This document shows positions 10,211 through 19,298 of a stretch of 64,000 bases of DNA, in pieces (position 1 is the stretch's first letter; the number at the start of each line of letters is the position of its first letter). Source of the stretch: Candidatus Nanosyncoccus sp. GTDB lineage: Bacteria > Patescibacteriota > Saccharimonadia > Saccharimonadales > Saccharimonadaceae. The position numbers and the translations under genes are program-made. The notes beneath the pieces were generated by a model. The model worked only from the letters and a program-made list of their open reading frames with translations. It searched no databases and was not told the origin of the DNA. The stretch lies in NCBI GenBank assembly GCA_045541215.1, contig JAZQIR010000007.1:79167-143166 (forward strand). The letters are read 5' to 3'.

Positions 10211-10287
10211 GGTCCGGTAGCTCAGTTGGTTAGAGCACGAGCCTCTTAAGCTTGGTGTCGTGGGTTCGAGCCCCACCCGGATCACCA
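10211..10287 (+). tRNA. tRNA-Lys (anticodon CTT)
   Basis: Cloverleaf GGTCCGG/CCGGATC, D stem GCTC/GAGC, anticodon loop CT-CTT-AA, T loop TTCGAGC, encoded CCA. Confidence 0.97.
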
Positions 10288-11906
10288 ACAGGGGAACCTG
10301 TGGAAAACTCAGGTTCGAAGATGAAATTAAATGGTGATTTATATCTGTAAATCACCCTTTTTTGTGCATCAATTTCGAGGTTCTTTAACCTATTTCTGAC
10401 CAAAATGTCCTTTTCGACGAGATCTCCTTTTTCTAACCTGTTAATTAGCGAATTTAGCGAGTTCGAAAACTTTTCGATGGTCATGCGCAATTTTTCAGGA
10501 TTCTTGATTTTGGCTTCAATTTGCTTGATTCTTTCGTCGATATTTACAACATCATTTTGCAAATCCGCCATGTCCTTTTTGAGCTTGTCTTTGACGGCTT
10601 TTGGCGATTCTTTGTCGAGTTCGGCGTACTTTTCCGCGAGGTCGTCAATCTTTCTTTGTTTCTGTGTTTTCTGGCCGAGTAGCTCGTGTTTCTCGACACT
10701 TAGCTCCTGCATCTTCTTGTTGGCATATTCGGTCATGTCGTCGACAAAGCTCGTAAAATCGTATTTCTGGCTGATACGGCCGAATTCCTCGTAGAGTTGG
10801 TCCATGATGACATGCATGCGCACGTTGTTATTTGGACGCGTACAGGCTTTGTTATGGCATCGATAATTGAGGTAATACGTACCAGAATGTCCGCGGTTTC
10901 TGGCCGGTATCATATAGTGGCCACATACCGAGCATTTGATTAGGTGGCGGAACGGCAGGAAGTATTTGCCATGCGTGGCTTTTTGATTCTCGTAGCAGGA
11001 AGATTGGATCGAGCCACGGTCTTTTCTAAACATTTTCTGAACCTGGTCGAATTCTTCTTCGGTTACCATTGGCTTGAAGTTTGGCGTGACTACGCGTAAG
11101 TCTACATAGTTGCGGCCTTGCTCTAAGATTCCGTAGTAGAACGGATCGTGGAAGATGCGGTTTGCGGTGCTTTCGCAGACGCCGTAGCTTCTGACGTGTT
11201 TGTTTCGGCGTGATAATTTTGTAGAGCGTTCCACGTTGTTCATCTTCCAGTAGCGGTAAACTTCCATTTGTGACGCGCCATTTAGAATCATTTGCCAGCC
11301 TTTCTGGATCATCTTGAAGTTCTTGTCTGGCTTGTAATAACCGGATACATCGTCTCTAATGTAGCCCCACTTCGGCATACCGCCGGACTTACCTTGTTCG
11401 AGGTTAGAATCGACACCGCGTTGCACGCTTTCAGACAAATGCTCTGAGTATTGTTTTGAAAGCGCAAAGAGCATGTTTAGCGTCAGCTTGCCGCTTGAAT
11501 CGTTATGGAATTCGAAAGTCGGGAAACGCAGGTCTTTGATGACTCCGTTATCGACCATATCGACAACCATTCCGGCTTCGAGCGAGTTACGTGAAAGGCG
11601 GTCTGGGTGCCAGGCGAGAATGGCATCGTATTTGCCTTTCTCGATATCTTTTAACATCTGCGAGAAAAGCGGACGATTGCCGGATTTCTTCGCGGATTTA
11701 GATTCTTGGATCGGTTCGCCAACTAGAAGCAAACCATGATTATTCGCATATTCTTTGCAATCTGCGATTTGGTCTGGTAATGATTTGGCTTGAGCTTCGG
11801 CATCTTCGGAAGATTTACGCACGTAGAGTACGTAGCGTAACGGTTTCTGAACTATGCCGCTACTCGCATTAATTAGTGCTCTATTCATAGTTTTAGAACA
11901 CGACAA
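10230..11906 (-). CDS. Large serine recombinase (resolvase, recombinase, Zn-ribbon and coiled-coil domains); last 18 codons are antisense tRNA
   Basis: YVRKSS catalytic motif, AWHPDRLSRN, FHDPFYYG, CSVCGH...YRCHNKAC; start may be ATG 11888. Confidence 0.95.
   Translation of the reverse strand: MSCSKTMNRALINASSGIVQKPLRYVLYVRKSSEDAEAQAKSLPDQIADCKEYANNHGLLLVGEPIQESKSAKKSGNRPLFSQMLKDIEKGKYDAILAWHPDRLSRNSLEAGMVVDMVDNGVIKDLRFPTFEFHNDSSGKLTLNMLFALSKQYSEHLSESVQRGVDSNLEQGKSGGMPKWGYIRDDVSGYYKPDKNFKMIQKGWQMILNGASQMEVYRYWKMNNVERSTKLSRRNKHVRSYGVCESTANRIFHDPFYYGILEQGRNYVDLRVVTPNFKPMVTEEEFDQVQKMFRKDRGSIQSSCYENQKATHGKYFLPFRHLIKCSVCGHYMIPARNRGHSGTYYLNYRCHNKACTRPNNNVRMHVIMDQLYEEFGRISQKYDFTSFVDDMTEYANKKMQELSVEKHELLGQKTQKQRKIDDLAEKYAELDKESPKAVKDKLKKDMADLQNDVVNIDERIKQIEAKIKNPEKLRMTIEKFSNSLNSLINRLEKGDLVEKDILVRNRLKNLEIDAQKRVIYRYKSPFNFIFEPEFSTGSPVGDPGGARTHDTKLKRLVL
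10333..10363 (+). terminator. Intrinsic terminator for the tRNA transcript, embedded antisense in the LSR gene
   Basis: GGTGATTTA-tatctg-TAAATCACC followed by CTTTTTT. Confidence 0.7.
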
Positions 11907-12048
11907 CTACTCCGTCGTCGCACACTCCTTTCTCTTTGTTGGATTCGCGTTCTGGCGAATCGTCTATGTCGTCTAATGCGCAAAGTAATTGCACTAGGTT
12001 TTTGACGGCTTCTTTTCGGTCTTCTACGACCGGCTGTTCCTTTTGCAT
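11893..12048 (-). CDS. Small 51-aa acidic ORF just upstream of the LSR (not in the ORF track)
   Basis: MQKEQPVVEDRKEAVKNLVQLLCALDDIDDSPERESNKEKGVCDDGVVVVF*; stop lies 4 nt before ATG 11888. Confidence 0.45.
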   Translation of the reverse strand: MQKEQPVVEDRKEAVKNLVQLLCALDDIDDSPERESNKEKGVCDDGVVVVF

Positions 12049-12303
12049 TTAAGGTACATACTTTCTTTCTCCACCCGAAGTGTTGCCATTCGGCAAGTAT
12101 CACTTGTAGTGCAGAATCTGCGCATAAAATATGAGGGGCTACCCCCTCTCGTCTTTCGAAAGGCGCAGAGCCTGCGCCGCAATTAACATAAGTATATTAC
12201 AAGAGTTCGAAAAAGACAAGCATAAGCGTTTTAGTAGAGTGGGGAGATATATGCTTAGCGGTTTGCATATCTGTTATTTGATGAGTTCGAACTTAAAGTG
12301 TTT

Positions 12304-13530
12304 TTATCTTAAAATGTTTGCCGAAGTGACTCGTTCTTTATGCTTATGAATATAGTTAGCCATGTTGTCATTATAATGATTAGTTTTTATCATAAAGTGT
12401 TCAGATTGTGTTTCGCCCGTACTTTCTAAGTTATTAGAATACACATCTCCAATTGAACCAAAAGAATAACTGATGTAATTTCGGTCGTTATCGTCTTGGA
12501 CAAAGCTCCCTACTTTTAATTCACGATCATTAAAGTAAATAATGCCGTATTCAAACATTTTGTCGTGATTTGCACATAGCCAGAAACCGTTGTCACCATC
12601 GGTCGCTCTTCGGTTCTTTTCTTTTATACTGTATGATTCATTATGATCAATGTCAGTAACGCGCTCTATGTGGGAGCCAATGATCATGTGTTCTATATCA
12701 CAGCCACAAATGTAGCAGCGTTTTTCCCCATACTTTTCTAGTAGATTGAAGTGGAAGAGTGGTGTATCTCGGCTTGTTTCACGAGTTATTGGAACTTTGA
12801 CTTTTCCGTGGTCTAATTCGATCGTTTCGCCAAAGTCAATTCCTTCTTCTTCAAGTATCTCGATTTGATCTTCTGAGAGCGATTTTGAACCATTATCGAC
12901 TACCTGATAAAAAACAATAACCTTATCTGAAATTGCGACAAGGGTAAGTGCAAGAATGAAAGATTCCATCGCGTTTGCCCCAAATGTTTTTCCGTAAATT
13001 GATATTTGGTTAATGCCACGGTCGTTACTTTCATCTACAAAATATGTCTGTTGATTATGAGTATTGCGTTCACTCGTTTTATTCCTGTAGGATTTTAAAT
13101 CATCATATGATTCAAAAGGAGTTATGTCGGCTAGTCCGAGTTCGTCTTCATTGAGAATTTTAATGCCCATGGTTAAAAAACATCTATAGAACATTTTCGA
13201 ATAATTTGTTCTATCGTTATGATCCGGATCTATAACAAAAATATTAAAATCCTTATTTGCGCCATCGAATTTTTTATAATCCACATACGCTGGAGACACA
13301 TACTGCATGAGACGAGAGTTGCGCCCCTCGTTTGCATGCTTTTTAGATAGACATACAAAATGCGTGAATTGCCCATTGCCTTCTCTAATCTTAATATAAC
13401 GTCCATCTCTTCGGTCTTCTGTCGTAGTTGTGTATTCATTCACTCCATACAATCTGGAGACTATTGCAGATATTACGGAGTCTGCTATCTCTGAGTGTGG
13501 CCCACGATTTGGCAATATTACTTCTATCAT
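12304..13530 (-). CDS. HNH endonuclease, probable restriction subunit
   Basis: C-terminal CYICGC..IGSHI..GDNGFWLCANHDKMFE; ATGA overlap with the MTase stop. Confidence 0.8.
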   Translation of the reverse strand: MIEVILPNRGPHSEIADSVISAIVSRLYGVNEYTTTTEDRRDGRYIKIREGNGQFTHFVCLSKKHANEGRNSRLMQYVSPAYVDYKKFDGANKDFNIFVIDPDHNDRTNYSKMFYRCFLTMGIKILNEDELGLADITPFESYDDLKSYRNKTSERNTHNQQTYFVDESNDRGINQISIYGKTFGANAMESFILALTLVAISDKVIVFYQVVDNGSKSLSEDQIEILEEEGIDFGETIELDHGKVKVPITRETSRDTPLFHFNLLEKYGEKRCYICGCDIEHMIIGSHIERVTDIDHNESYSIKEKNRRATDGDNGFWLCANHDKMFEYGIIYFNDRELKVGSFVQDDNDRNYISYSFGSIGDVYSNNLESTGETQSEHFMIKTNHYNDNMANYIHKHKERVTSANILR

Positions 13531-15398
13531 TCCTCTCTCCTTTTATAGTTAGTAACTAATATTTCTTTTCTTCCTTTTCTAGCGACTTTATTGTATTCTA
13601 TGACATTGAAATTATTATCTTTAATCCATTTATTTAGCAATGTATTATGTTTTCCATTATGCTCCAGCACGTTAGAAAGTATAAATTTGATACCTTTATC
13701 GTTGGCCTTATTGAGAAAAGCATAGAGCCGCTTTTCATCAGATTCATTCCAGCCATTAAACCCCCTTTTTCCATCATTATAGCTTCCGAGCGTAATGAGA
13801 TATGGTGGATCGCAATATAAGAATGTCCCATCCTCAAAATATTGCTCCATATTCTCAAAATCGCCAGAGCAGATAAGAAGATTCTGTTCTTGCATTCGTC
13901 GACAAAAACTGATTAATTTTGACAACATGATATCATTAAAGCCAGCAGGGCCGACTGGGTTATTATAGTCGTATGAAGAATTAAAGCGAATTTGCTGATT
14001 GAAACCATACATAATTAGCACGTATAACATTTTCAAATCACGCCTATCTAGCGGCGTAGTATTATATTTGTCGCGTAGTTTTAAGTATGCTTCTTTTGCG
14101 CCAGGTTCTAGCTTATATCTTTTTACGGTCCTAGTTATATACCTGACAAGTTCGGCGGTATCGGTGTTTTTAAAGCATTCTAAAAGTCTAGCTACCATAA
14201 AGTTATAGTCGTTGTAGATAATTTGTTCAGCCTCTATATTTGCTCCAACACTATAACCGCCGCCAAAAACATCTATAAAACGTTGGATGCTTTCATTTGG
14301 TAGGTTATCTTTTATGAAATCAACTAGATCATATTTGCCACCTTGGTAATTTAGCGGCGACGCATATTTTGCCTCTAGATATGGCTTTTTCTCAATAAAG
14401 AATAAATATTCGCAATGCTCGTCTTCGGAATATGTCTGATGGTTTCGGTATTTCTTGTATGGTATCTTTTTTAGGCAATATGTTTCTTCTTTACCATATC
14501 GTTTCAATGTATTTTCTATGAATTTTTTCGACATTAACCCGTCGGAACTGTAGCTAAGAATAATGTATTTAAAATCCGCTTTTGCAATAATGAAATCAAA
14601 AACCTGCTCTACTTCGCCTTGCCTTGAAAATGCAGAGGAAGTTTCAGAAGTATTTCTAAGGCCGCCTTTTCCGTTTATTGTAGGGTTATCATATTTAGCA
14701 ATGGTTTCTAGTAGATGGTATTGAACAGAATACTGATTCTTTGTGTATGGTGGATCGAGGTATAGAATATCGCCACTGATTTCGCAGATTAGCTCCTCAA
14801 TGGTTTCATTTCTTACTTCGCTTTTGCATACTGGGTTGGATGGAGTCGATTCAACATGAATAAACGGCATGCGTTTTACAGCCCTTGGATCCCATGTTTT
14901 AAGGTATGATCCATATACTCCGGCAATATTGGCCACTTTGGATGCGGATTCGATTAACGCCGCTAGAAGATAATAATATTCCTTGTCGTTGATCTTTTCA
15001 GTTTTATACCAACTCTCTATTTTTGTGCGAATAAAATCGATTCGCTTACCGTTTTCGGTAGAGAAATACATTCTGTTTCCACTTCCGCCATCAGAATATT
15101 CGTTGAATATAAATCCTTCAATACCTTCGTCAGTATCGTTGAAATATTTAAATGGATCTAGCCCCAATTTAGGGAAGGTCATGTCTGGAGTATTTAGTTT
15201 TGCCTGCGTAATCACATAGCTGTAATATTGAACATCGTTAGCTGCTATTCGAAATTTATCTTTAAAATAATCGCCAACGGCAGCAGTTCCACTAAAGGCG
15301 TCGCAGAATGTTAAGTTGGAGTCATTTAAAATCCCTTGCTGTTTTATAAAATCAGCAATCTCTGAAAGAAGGTCTGTTTTTGCTCCTATATACCTCAT
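13527..15398 (-). CDS. Tandem two-domain N6-adenine DNA methyltransferase (D12/FokI-like)
   Basis: Domain 1 MRYIGAK, DAFSGTAAV, YLDPPY; domain 2 SPLNYQGGK, DVFGGGYSV, YCDPPY. Confidence 0.92.
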   Translation of the reverse strand: MRYIGAKTDLLSEIADFIKQQGILNDSNLTFCDAFSGTAAVGDYFKDKFRIAANDVQYYSYVITQAKLNTPDMTFPKLGLDPFKYFNDTDEGIEGFIFNEYSDGGSGNRMYFSTENGKRIDFIRTKIESWYKTEKINDKEYYYLLAALIESASKVANIAGVYGSYLKTWDPRAVKRMPFIHVESTPSNPVCKSEVRNETIEELICEISGDILYLDPPYTKNQYSVQYHLLETIAKYDNPTINGKGGLRNTSETSSAFSRQGEVEQVFDFIIAKADFKYIILSYSSDGLMSKKFIENTLKRYGKEETYCLKKIPYKKYRNHQTYSEDEHCEYLFFIEKKPYLEAKYASPLNYQGGKYDLVDFIKDNLPNESIQRFIDVFGGGYSVGANIEAEQIIYNDYNFMVARLLECFKNTDTAELVRYITRTVKRYKLEPGAKEAYLKLRDKYNTTPLDRRDLKMLYVLIMYGFNQQIRFNSSYDYNNPVGPAGFNDIMLSKLISFCRRMQEQNLLICSGDFENMEQYFEDGTFLYCDPPYLITLGSYNDGKRGFNGWNESDEKRLYAFLNKANDKGIKFILSNVLEHNGKHNTLLNKWIKDNNFNVIEYNKVARKGRKEILVTNYKRREE

Positions 15399-15581
15399 CT
15401 ATTATTATTATACCACGAGAACACCTTAAAACGGCGTCGGCACCACAAGAAATATATCAATTTTGATATACTTTTCCACAATATTATACCGTTTCGTGTC
15501 AAGAAAAAAATTCACCTCTGTTTCTTGCGCAATAACTTTTAAAACCCGATTGCAATCAAGTGGATGCTATCTATTGACTAA

Positions 15582-16031
15582 TTACCAGAATGTTTTATTA
15601 GAATCGTGACCGCAATGCACGATATCTTCCGGCTCCGCCCAAAGCGAAAGCTTGTGTACGCGCCATTTTCCAATGAAGAACATCTGGACCATTACGTCGT
15701 TTACGTCACGGTTATTTAGTGCGCGTGGAATGTATGCAAGCGAGAAATGATACCAAGTGTCGTCTTCGCTGTCTAACCGTGCAAAAACGCGCTTACCGCG
15801 GCCTAAAAGACGCACATCAAAGCGTTGAGCTAGAGTTTCTAGGGAATAAGTCTTGAGCTCGTGAATCGCGTCGCGAACAGGGGAGTAGGTAAGCTCCATA
15901 CGTTCGAGCTTGTCATAATCACGCGAATTAAACTTGCCATTATGTTCAAGCATAAAGCTTTCTAGTTGCCGAGCGGTAACCAGTATCGGTTCGCCGGGCT
16001 TTACTTTTTTGAATGTGTGGCGTTTTGCCAT
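15582..16031 (-). CDS. Hypothetical element-backbone protein (149 aa)
   Basis: GAGG RBS; truncated paralog at 19060-19245. Confidence 0.75.
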   Translation of the reverse strand: MAKRHTFKKVKPGEPILVTARQLESFMLEHNGKFNSRDYDKLERMELTYSPVRDAIHELKTYSLETLAQRFDVRLLGRGKRVFARLDSEDDTWYHFSLAYIPRALNNRDVNDVMVQMFFIGKWRVHKLSLWAEPEDIVHCGHDSNKTFW

Positions 16032-16076
16032 AGTTTACCTCGTTTCTTTGAGGTTGCGCCTAATAGGCGGTGTGCT

Positions 16077-17645
16077 TTATTCGTTTGCAATGTTTTTTAT
16101 AAGCTGAATTTCTACTTTATATCCCAGCCCACTTAGTTGCCTATTGATATTCCTAAGTGTCACTTTACTGAAAAAAGGAATGTCAAATCGCTCAATTTTA
16201 CTGGTTATAATTGCAAAGATAACTTTTCTTTTTTTGTTTGAATCATTATGAAAATTTCCTCCAGTAATCTCTTCTGCTTTTCGCAAAAATGCCGGATCGT
16301 TTCGTATTAATTCGCCCGATACGTAGCCTTGGTTAAAAAGATGGCTAAGAGCTGAAGACCCAGTGTATTTTTTCACATGTATTAAGTCACCCTCTCGCGT
16401 TTGGACATCGCAAACTTCAATCTTACTATGGCTACTACCATAAGGTATATTTTCCCCATCGTAGCATTTTCCACCTAAAACATTTGCCAATTCCTTGTTA
16501 TATTCCGCTTCTCGTTCATGATGGTAATCTATAAAATCATGCTTCTTTGTTATATCTTCATATGATTTGTTAATTTGTTTACAAAAATCATTTGCTATTT
16601 CATACCATCTACCGTTTATCAGAAGAAACACTTTGTTATTGGATGTAATTTCTGCGTATAGACATTTATACGCATTCCATCGGTCAAGCGTTTTTGACTC
16701 ATCTTCTGCCGATATTGCTGATATTTTTAATCCCTTCAAGGACTCTAGAGAGATATTGTTGCCCAGTGCTTCAATGATATAAGCCTTTTCAATATCGTCA
16801 TATTTCTTTGCTCTCTTATTATCGCCAAACCTAAATTGATATACGTCTACATAATCTATGTAATCGGGAACTGCGGCCCAAACTTTATCTGTATTTGAAG
16901 GCTCTGATGAGTTTGTTGACAGTATTTGGATTAATCGATCATTCAAGGTTTTTGTTTCTTCTTTATCTTTAACATCCTGTATTTGATCGACCCAATCAAA
17001 ATCTTTTTTGTATTCATCGCTTTCATATGCTTCAATAATGTCGTTGGCAACATCAGATATGGTATGTATATTGCAATGAAGGCGCAATGATAATGATTCC
17101 GATCCGGCTGCCGTTGTTCCTAACTTCGTAGCCCATTTGGATTTTATTTTTCCAGTCAATCCTTTAATAAGATCTTGTTCTGAACTAATCCCAAATTCTG
17201 ACGCATTTGCCGTTTTTGCAAGCTGCTCTTTTGCATTTTTTGGATTGGACTCCAAAACTGTCTTAGAGAAATTCTTAACTTCATCGCTGTCAATAATATT
17301 TAATGCCGTTCTAAGTCCAAACCTTACGTCCATAGAATCGGTTTTTAGCAAATAGCGTCCAGATCCAAATGAAAAGGCTAGCTCTTCTTTGTTTTTGCCA
17401 ATATTCTTAACGATGACAACTAGCTTTGCCGAAGAGGTGAAATATGATTTCAATTTATCTTTATCTTGAATTTGGAAAAATTGTTTTAAATAACTCGGTT
17501 CTGCATGAAATGATTCTTCGCTATAAATTATCACGTTTTGATTTATTCGGCTAAATTGTTTTGCTCTATCTGACAATTCGTTCCCAATAAAAGAGCTCTT
17601 TATTCTGAAAGCGACTATCTTATTGATTGGGATTTCTTTGTCCAT
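16077..17645 (-). CDS. DUF6119/TIGR04141-like mobilome protein with a PD-(D/E)xK-like C-terminus
   Basis: FSFGSGRYLL, RFGLRTALN, IEVCD..LIHVKK..SSALSHLFNQGYVS. Confidence 0.8.
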   Translation of the reverse strand: MDKEIPINKIVAFRIKSSFIGNELSDRAKQFSRINQNVIIYSEESFHAEPSYLKQFFQIQDKDKLKSYFTSSAKLVVIVKNIGKNKEELAFSFGSGRYLLKTDSMDVRFGLRTALNIIDSDEVKNFSKTVLESNPKNAKEQLAKTANASEFGISSEQDLIKGLTGKIKSKWATKLGTTAAGSESLSLRLHCNIHTISDVANDIIEAYESDEYKKDFDWVDQIQDVKDKEETKTLNDRLIQILSTNSSEPSNTDKVWAAVPDYIDYVDVYQFRFGDNKRAKKYDDIEKAYIIEALGNNISLESLKGLKISAISAEDESKTLDRWNAYKCLYAEITSNNKVFLLINGRWYEIANDFCKQINKSYEDITKKHDFIDYHHEREAEYNKELANVLGGKCYDGENIPYGSSHSKIEVCDVQTREGDLIHVKKYTGSSALSHLFNQGYVSGELIRNDPAFLRKAEEITGGNFHNDSNKKRKVIFAIITSKIERFDIPFFSKVTLRNINRQLSGLGYKVEIQLIKNIANE

Positions 17646-17735
17646 TCATGGGCTCCTTTTATAGCCTAATTATATCATAGAAAGCAATAATTCTTAAATT
17701 TGTCAAACTGCTTATGGCTACCTTCGTTATTGATT

Positions 17736-17986
17736 CATTGACATTGTAATTCATTTATTTTCTCCATTGTCATTGTTTTAGGCCTTTCTGGCTCCAGGTA
17801 AGCTAGAAATCTCTAAAAGTTCGAATCTCTTTGCCTGTATATGTATACCTCAGAACTCGCATGGCATCAGAATAGGGTAGTCTTTCTTAGGTATAACCTT
17901 GATCTTGGCAGTGTATTCGGGGTGGTCAATACACCAGTCTACAACCATGCAAAGCCGAGCAACAACGTCTGGTCGCCCCTCACCAA
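17736..17986 (-). repeat. P arm copy 1: CATTG box, displaced LSR C-terminal tail (17850-17985) and core
   Basis: Near-identical to 18633-18883; minus frame GEGRPDVVARLCMVVDWCIDHPEYTAKIKVIPKKDYPILMPCEF*. Confidence 0.85.
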
Positions 17987-18026
17987 ATGAAGAAATTATT
18001 GAATCCGCCGAAAGGCGGTGTTTTTA
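17987..18026 (+). terminator. B'-type arm with plus-strand terminator
   Basis: ATGAAGAAATTATTGAAT then CCGCC-gaaa-GGCGG and TGTTTTTT; recurs at 21223 and 31886. Confidence 0.8.
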
Positions 18027-18042
18027 TTTATTTGGGAGTTAT

Positions 18043-18582
18043 TTATGCGCAGTTCTTTTTATGCGCTTTGAGCTTTTTCATTGCCCAGTCGTAGTGGGAA
18101 GATAGACAACTCACAAAATACGAGCCAAGCACTGAACCGCCAACCCAAGGATACATACCTTTTGTAAATAATTGCTCTTCGCTAAGACTTTCGGCTAGTT
18201 TCATGACGTCTTTATGTGATTTTTCAAACATTTTTCTTGCGTCTTCGAGCGAAGTCTTTTGATGTTTCTTCCAGTATTCGACGTTCATATCGCCGTAAGT
18301 CTTCCAAGTGTATGGTTCTGGCAAGAATGGCGCATTACCGCCTTTATTCAGATTCGTATCTACGAATTCAAGTAGCATTCGGTGCCATTCATATAGGTGT
18401 ACCCAAATATCGCGTAGATTCTTGTCACGTCCCCAGTGGCGTTCTTTCTTCGATGGATCGCCGGAGAAATCGAATTCGGTATTCATTTCTTTCTCGCTCA
18501 TTGAATCAGCCATTTCAATCAGCTTGGCGTAGTATTCTTCGCCAGCCTTTAATAAGTCCTGTTTGTTGCGTGGTCTTGGCAT
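18043..18582 (-). CDS. ClbS/DfsB-family four-helix bundle protein (DUF1706-like)
   Basis: MPRP.NK.DLL, HLYEWH, PY.WK.Y, SSHYDWA.KK. Confidence 0.8.
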   Translation of the reverse strand: MPRPRNKQDLLKAGEEYYAKLIEMADSMSEKEMNTEFDFSGDPSKKERHWGRDKNLRDIWVHLYEWHRMLLEFVDTNLNKGGNAPFLPEPYTWKTYGDMNVEYWKKHQKTSLEDARKMFEKSHKDVMKLAESLSEEQLFTKGMYPWVGGSVLGSYFVSCLSSHYDWAMKKLKAHKKNCA

Positions 18583-18632
18583 AAATAAGTCCTTGTTTAC
18601 TACTTTAATTATATCATCGGGTGCAAGTCTGC

Positions 18633-18883
18633 CATTGACATTGTATTTCTTTTATTTTCTCCATTGTCGTTGTTTTAAGCCTCTCCAGCTCCAGCTAAGC
18701 TAAAAATCTCTAAAAGTTCGAATCTCTTTGCCTGTATATGTATACCTCAGAATTCGCACGGCATCAGAATAGGGTAATCCTTTTTAGGTATAACCTTGAT
18801 CTTGGCTGTGTATTCGGGGTGGTCAATGCACCAGTCCACGACCATGCAAAGCCGAATAAGTATGTCTACTCGCCCCTCACCAA
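18633..18883 (-). repeat. P arm copy 2: CATTG box, LSR C-terminal tail (18747-18882) and core; intact P-P' junction
   Basis: Reads ...FSTGSPVG|EGRVDILIRLCMVVDWCIDHPEY...MPCEF* across the core. Confidence 0.85.
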
Positions 18884-19073
18884 CAGGGGAACCTGTGGAA
18901 AACGAAGGGCGGAAGATGAAATTAAATGGTGATTTATATCTGTAAATCACCTTTTTTATGCATCAATTTCGAGGTTCTTTAACCTATTTCGTACCAAAAT
19001 GTCCTTTTCGCTCGCCCCTTGGGACGCGAATAGCCGGAGGCTAACGAGATCTCCTTTTTCTAACCTGTTAATT
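18884..19073 (-). pseudogene. Remnant of an LSR gene 3' end with a 33-bp insertion (19011-19043)
   Basis: Aligns to 10289-10446; fused at 19073 to the backbone-gene fragment. Confidence 0.85.
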
Positions 19074-19245
19074 CGTGAATCGCGTCATGAACTGGCGAAT
19101 CTTTCAGTTCCATACGCTCGAACTTATCGTAATCGCGTGAATTGAATCTGCCATTATGCTCGAGCATGAAACTTTCGAGCTCACGAGCAGTAACCGGTAT
19201 TGGCTCGCCGGGTTTAGCTTTCTTGAATTTGCGACGTTTCATCAT
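19060..19245 (-). pseudogene. N-terminal fragment of the 149-aa backbone protein
   Basis: MMKRRKFKKAKPGEPIPVTARELESFMLEHNG matches 15582-16031; cut by the deletion junction. Confidence 0.85.
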
Positions 19246-19298
19246 TATCTCCTTTCTTTTAAGGAGTGCGCCCTAGGCGGTATATTCTATTTAATGAA

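Noticed and set aside
11885-12103. 72-aa Arg-rich ORF upstream of the LSR
   Set aside because: Overlaps a more protein-like 51-aa ORF in another frame; its composition looks like an off-frame read.
12304-15398. Idea that the R-M system recognises the att core (TCACC/GGTGA, the HphI site)
   Set aside because: Specificity cannot be read from sequence by eye; the resemblance rests only on the HNH fold.
15453-15470. Perfect palindrome TATATCAA-tt-TTGATATA upstream of the MTase
   Set aside because: AT-rich, single copy, and no controller protein nearby.
17770-18750. Frame stays open after the TGA of the LSR tail, suggesting a reassigned TGA
   Set aside because: TGA ends genes here (ATGA overlap at 13527-13530; stop at 4548) and long ORFs have no internal TGA, so code 11 fits.
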